Positions 53,337 through 64,000 of a stretch of 64,000 nt of DNA are shown here, piece by piece. The position numbers and the translations under genes are program-made. This DNA is from Chrysomallon squamiferum (Eukaryota > Animalia > Mollusca): assembly GCA_012295275.1 (NCBI GenBank), contig CM022672.1, positions 7,006,001-7,070,000 on the forward strand, read 5' to 3'. Every line of letters starts with the position of its first letter. The stretch's first letter is position 1. The notes beneath the pieces are model-generated. The model ran no database searches. It saw nothing but the letters and a program-made list of their open reading frames with translations, and was not told the DNA's origin.

Positions 53337-54821
53337 GATTATTATTTAGTATAATATCATTATTTGTTCAAAATCAGTTCAAATATACAACTTTGGAAAT
53401 TTGAATATAAATAGTTTGTTTGATTGTTAAAATAAAGATAAGAATGAAGCTGAAATGCAAATTACAGTTACACTGAAATATATTTATGTACCAGAATGTT
53501 ACTTTGTTACTAATATCTTCTTGATTGCTTCAATCTAATATTAATGACCCTTCAAACATGCACCATCATCTCTATTGATACAAAATGTTTAGAGAATTTA
53601 TAAAATAAATGCATTTATCAAAAATTTATTGTAGAGCTAAAATTATTGAATCTGAAAATAATAGTTTAGAGTATATATTAAATTTTTAAAAACTGTTATT
53701 GAAATGTTGAACAACATGGATATTAATTCGAGTTCTTGCTGATTGATTTTGCAACTCAACAAACCTACTTCACTGATTTGAGTTTCTTAAAAATAAATCT
53801 TATTTTATGTTTCTGTGTTATAAACACAGGATTACTGATTTTGTTATGTTGAATTTTTAGATCATCAAAACCAGGTTATTACCATCAACAAACACAGATG
53901 TCTCAGTCTAAAGGTAAGATGACTGATTATGTTTCATACAAGTGTCAAATCATTCCTTTAAATCTAAATTTTGTTAACTTTCTGATACTTATTTCATTCT
54001 AACCAAAATAGTGAAAATATTAGTTACAAATTTCTCTATCTGAAACACAAATGTTAAAGAATCAGCTGTTTCCAAGTAATTAATCGACTTATTCTAATCA
54101 ATTAGGTTAAGTCTGTAATTCATTAGGATTCCATATTCTAGAATTTGAGAAAACAAATGTTTCAATATTACTGTAGATATTCCAGTAAAGAATAATATGG
54201 ATAATAATGCAGATCAGTCTCATTCAGCACAGAGCCGTATGGGTCAGTCTGCCACTGAAAATGCCAACAGGTGTGTATGTTTTGCTTATCTAGTAAATAG
54301 ATATTGGGTTTCTTTTGAAACCAAATTACTCAGTTGTTGCCGTTTTCTGTCAGAAAGTGGCAATACATATTTTATTTAGTGGGTGGAGCAAAGTTCATGG
54401 CATTTAGACCACTTCATCACACAGAAAGCTATGATGTTCTTGGAGGAAGAAATCATGAAGCTGTCTTAAAGATAGTGGTACAAAATACTTCAAGAGTGGT
54501 TAAATAAATCTATGAACAAATATGTAAATATTGTTTGAATTTGACTTAAAAATGATATGAACTTTTCTTGCAACCCAGTAGACTATTATAGATGCAATGT
54601 TTTCTTATTTATTTCATTGAAAACAAAAAAGAATTTAAAAAGAAAGCTATTATTGTTATTATTAGTGTTGTTGTTATTTAGTATAATATCACTATTTGTT
54701 CAAAATCAGTTCAAATATAAAACTTTGGAAATTTAAATATGAATAGTTGGTTTGATTGTTAAAATAAAGATAAGATTGAAGCTGAAAGGCAAAATACACA
54801 GTTACACTTAAATAAACTAAA

Positions 54822-59301
<4,480 letters not shown>

Positions 59302-62174
59302 CACATTTAACCACACACTAAAACATTCATATTTGTTATATAAGATTTCTGTAATTTTTTGATTATTTGGTTGGTGTATTTAACTATTGGATATTTTTAT
59401 TTTTTAGTGAATCTTTGGATCTTCTTAATTTGTGTGGATATAATAATTAATTAACAATATCATCAATTACATATTTTAAATATTTTGTATAATAATTAGT
59501 GATGGTAATGGTTTGATTTTATTTATCATTATTATTATTATTATTGTTATTATTATTCTTTTATTTTCTTTCTGTTTTAATGTTTGCTTGTTTTAACTAG
59601 ATTATTTATATTACTGAAACTGATATTGTGTTGTTCAAAAACTTATACTGAGACATTTCTTTCTCAGTGCCTTGTATTATGACTGCTTTTATTCTTTTAA
59701 CATTTTATTTTACATATTTCTTTTTCTTTATTTTAAATTACAACCCACTGTTTTTTCTTAACTTTATGTTCTGACTTGTTTTTATTAACCTTATATTAGC
59801 ATCATATGAGACTTACTGTTTGGATTGAATCAGTTTGTTTATTTATTGATTATATCACTTTTATTTCTTTATTTTTAACTGTTTCTTAAATGATATAAAT
59901 AATTTCACCTTTTTATTTAAAATGTGCAGTGTCAGATATTGTGCAACTGAAGTAAGAGATAACTAAAACAAAATTGTTTTCATGATTGCTAAAGATTATA
60001 CCAAATGTTTAATTCTAGTTTTATGCTTTGTGAGAAGGTTGAAGTCTACTAACAGTGTACATAGTTTTCCCATTTTTTTGATGTTCTGATAAATCTAATG
60101 ATGGTGAGGGGTTTTCTACATATTATTTACAAAATTTGACTTTTTTTATCATGTACCTTTAATTATGTTATATATATTTATTGTAGAAAATGTGGCAATT
60201 AATGTTAATATATTTAACAGCTTCTGTTACTGTATTATCTAATACAGTCAATAATATGTATTATTTATATTTTATATATACAGACAATGCATGTATGTGT
60301 TCTTATAATAATAATTTGAAAAAAAGAACTAAATAATTTAAAAATTAAAGAAAAAACAAGACAAAGTGGAGAAAATGAACAAATTACAACAGTAAAACTG
60401 GTCAAAATTTAATAAACTGAGAAAGCCTTTTGTCTCTTAGACATTGTCATCTGTCAGTAATATCAAAATAAATAATTTACATGTATATAAGTTTAATTTC
60501 AATCAAGTACAAAGGTGTTTAGACATTTCAAAACAGAAATGTCAAGTGTTGTTTTATCTAGAAAAGATGAATTCTTCTTGACATGAGTTTTAATTCAAGT
60601 AGTGATAATTAAATGTTGACAATTAACTTGAAGATGTACTAATGTGACAGATTTTTTGATATCTCTACCTAATCACCTAAATACAGTTTCTTTATAAACT
60701 ACATGAAATCAACATTTCCTGACTAATTTGATGCTGTGAGTCAGTGAAAACAAGAGTACAGTGATTTTGGTATTGAGTTAGAAAGTTATTTGATCCTGTA
60801 CCATCATGTGATTGAATCAACTCTACAACAACAAATTAAGGGTAACTGCTGAATTTTATCTCTCACTGTTATTGTATATAGGTAATTAGTTCATATTGAT
60901 GTTTTCAAGAAAGCAGAATGATTTAAACAAGTTATTCATATTTTTAATGTTGTTCTTTTTTTTCCTTTTTTTTAAATTAATCTTTTGTTATATTGCATAG
61001 TATTTAAGTGCACAAAGACACTTGCATTCATTCATACATACATACACAGACATGCACACATGACAGATACATGTAAATATATATAAAACTGTTTTTTCAT
61101 TTATACATTTGTTAAGAGTTTATTATATATTAAAGGTTATAACATATTAAAGACATTGAAAAATTAATATTTATAAGTATCATCATATATATTTAAGCAG
61201 AATGTTTAACATCTAAAAGAGTCTCTCTCTCTCTCTCATTTTAAATCTTTGTTTTTGCAAATGATGAAATGAAAAAGGAAACCTGTTTCAGCCACTCGAT
61301 AATTACTTTTAATGACTGTAACAGATGTTTTATATAAACCTTGACATAAACAGAAAAACTCATATCACAAGTTTTGAAACAAAGTAATTAAATAAAACTT
61401 TTTGATTATTCTTGTAATTGCTGTTATTGGGTGAAAAGCTAAAACATGAAAACTAAACTTTTTAGGATTACTGTTTTGCTACACACTTGATTTTGACTAA
61501 TGTAGAACAGACCCTTTATTTACCATTTCAAATCAGAATGAGTTATGATGGGCAATAGTACCAGTATGTGCTTTACTGTTAAATGAAAGATGTATTATAA
61601 ATGATTTTGTGCTGCTAGTGGAGAAGTGAAATGGCTTTCCTCTGTATCAGCAACAACAAAAATAAAATCACAGAGTTTTGCTTCTTTTAAAGGTGATATT
61701 TGTTTGGTGTAGTTTCATTATTGTTGTTTTCTGTTTATGTCGTTTTTTTTTTTTTTTTTTTTTTTTTTTTTCTTCTAGTTAAGCTTGACAAGACAACAAA
61801 AACATTTATGAAATGGTTTAATATACTTTTTTTGTTTGTTTCGGTTTTTAAAATATTTAATTTTCTTTCTTTAGTGACTTTATTTATTTTCCTTATTTTT
61901 TATTTATTTATTTATTTATTTATTTTTTATTATTATTATTTTTATTTTTTATTTTTTATTTATTTTTTTTACTGATTTTCTTATAATATATTACTATTTG
62001 GGCTTATTATTTCTGTACAATATTTATACCTTAAAAAAATCGGAAGAATATTTATTTATATTTATATTTATATTTAGCATGACTTGCAACTTTATAAACA
62101 ATGCTCTGAGCAAAATTAAACCAGTGCAGTCATTTTCTTCCGGTAATTAACAAATGTAAAGAAATTAAGATTGC

Positions 62175-62208
<34 letters not shown>

Positions 62209-63210
62209 CTACTTTGGCATGTGATCTACAAGTTAAAGGGCGATCTACAGCATTAAAAAACAAACAGAAAAACGTATATCTAGGAAATTTCTATAATAAA
62301 AGAGGAAGATCTTAAAATACTTAAGGATTAATGCATGATACACATGTAAGAACATCGCATCAAGGCAAACTTCATTTCTGAGTACATATATGATTTTTTA
62401 TTCATTCCGACGAATAGCCTGAATACTCAATTTTAAATCGTCTAAATTTCCAATACTCAACCAATTCAAAGAACCTGGTCGGATTTGAAAATTCGTACTT
62501 TGAACAAGATGAGAGAAGTGAACCAAAGAACCTTCCAATCACACCCTGAATATTTCTGTTGGCTACAGATGAGGAAGAAGGCTGAAGATGTTTTACCTGC
62601 ATTTCTAGCAGATGTTCGTTTAATTCATCAATAAAATTATTCAAATAATAAGTATTCTTTTTACACCTTGTTTCTATAAATTATAAATATATAAGAAAAA
62701 AATTAATATATGCCGTTTAATTTATGCCGTGAAAAAAATAACAAAATAATAATTAAAATAGCGCGTAGATGACACATCTAAGTAAAACTTCCATGGTGTA
62801 GATCACACGCCAAATAGCACTGTTAATTGAAGTGATCAATGTAATATCTGCTTTGAAAATTATAAAATGTTTAATTTCACCTGTATTTCATTACTTGGTA
62901 ATAAAGATAACATAAAAATTTGTGATTCACGTGTTTCTTAATTCACTGTTGCCGTTTCAATGTAACATGTAAAGTATCTTGTAAAACTTGACTTAACTAT
63001 TAAACGTCCCATATTTTATTTTCCTATGTGTTACAATACAGCTTTAGTAATCAGATAAATATCACATTAACACATTTCTACTACTTTTTTCATTTATTAC
63101 TTTTCGGATCCACCGACTTCAATTCTATCATCTACAAAAATAAAAATAATTGAGATTTGGTTATTTTTAATCTTAATTTTTCGTGTCAATTTATATGTAG
63201 ACAATGTTTC

Positions 63211-64000
63211 TACATCTCGAAAATAATTTTTCGCATCAGTTATGTTGTCGTCGTCCATATTGTGAAATTAATTTCCGTTTAGTATGTAAACAGTAAATTC
63301 ACTTTTAATGAATGTTAGAAGAGTTAATGAGATGGGTGGTTTTGCATACCATGAAGCAGCGATTCAATGTCAGCGGAAAAGAAATGCGGAACTTATCATT
63401 TAATTCATCATTGCATTGCGTATCTACCAACTCTATATGCAAGGAAGCTGTTTAATCATCCACTGGGATTTCAAAAGGGGCGCTGAACAATTTGAAATGT
63501 GCAGACGGTGGTCGGAGACAAATTCTTTCCGCAGTGAGGTGATGACTGCAGCACAAGTCTTCAAGACGATATCAAGAAATGAACAAGCAGCAAGACGAGT
63601 AAAATGCTGAAATTGACAATTAGACAACAGGGATTCCCACAACCGTAGTTTCACTTCAAATGCTGTGAGTACATACATCACTGGAACAAGAATGTCCTTA
63701 CCTTTCAAACTGACACTGACAATTTTGAGGTGTGTGGTGATATGCATGAGAAAAGCCAAGCGGGAAAGCCATTTTTAGTCTGTAAAATTATCAACATAAG
63801 GGAGGTTCTTCTCATGATGAAAGGTGAAAATTACTTGTTGCAAGTCCCCTACACGAGACAGCGTGGCTCCATGACTCAGCCAGCGCACTTCAGAAAAGTA
63901 GGTCAGGTCTCCGTAGTGCGCATTGACTTCGTGTATCAGTACATACCAGGAACTGGCGATATTTCAGACTGAGAAAGTTCGGAATTGACAACCTTCACTA
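63211..64000 (-). mobile_element. Second copy of the degenerate hAT transposon (runs off the window)
   Basis: Homologous to 39845-40630. ORF MAFLMHITTHLKIVSVSLKGKD..AFEVKLRLW. Confidence 0.9.

Overview
AT-rich, intron-containing animal DNA, probably an invertebrate such as a mollusc (inferred, not shown). It has one 200-N gap at 47684-47883. The window holds a tandemly duplicated innate-immunity-type ADP-ribose/ubiquitin gene cluster. Copy A (~7.8-30.1 kb, +) is a gene of >20 exons whose splice phases chain from low-complexity repeats through several macrodomains, KH/RRM-like segments and a MacroD-type macrodomain to a C3HC4 RING and a Deltex C-terminal (DTC) domain. That makes it a single-chain macrodomain-DTX3L-like protein, although it carries a few apparent frameshifts. 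A disrupted PARP14-like N-terminus (3 RRM + KH-like) lies at ~42.8-47.4 kb, and a scrambled relic of the DTX-like gene at 47.9-49.9 kb. Copy C (promoter ~50.6-51.4 kb, open CDS 54822-59301) has lost ~15 kb of its N-terminal exons. The candidate promoters carry ISRE/IRF-type motifs (GAAANNGAAA), and the DTX-like promoter also carries GAS-type TTCNNNGAA motifs. A 5.7-kb Mutator-like element with a 9-bp TSD and a degenerate Ulp1 SUMO protease sits in the copy A promoter; its empty site is visible in copy C. Also present are an internally deleted Tc1/mariner, two hAT (Charlie/GTF2IRD2-like) relics, a 38-bp intronic minisatellite and a 1.87-kb tandem array carrying three inverted ISRE-promoter fragments. 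DTC codons differ between copies A and C almost only non-synonymously. All exon models and domain calls were made by eye.
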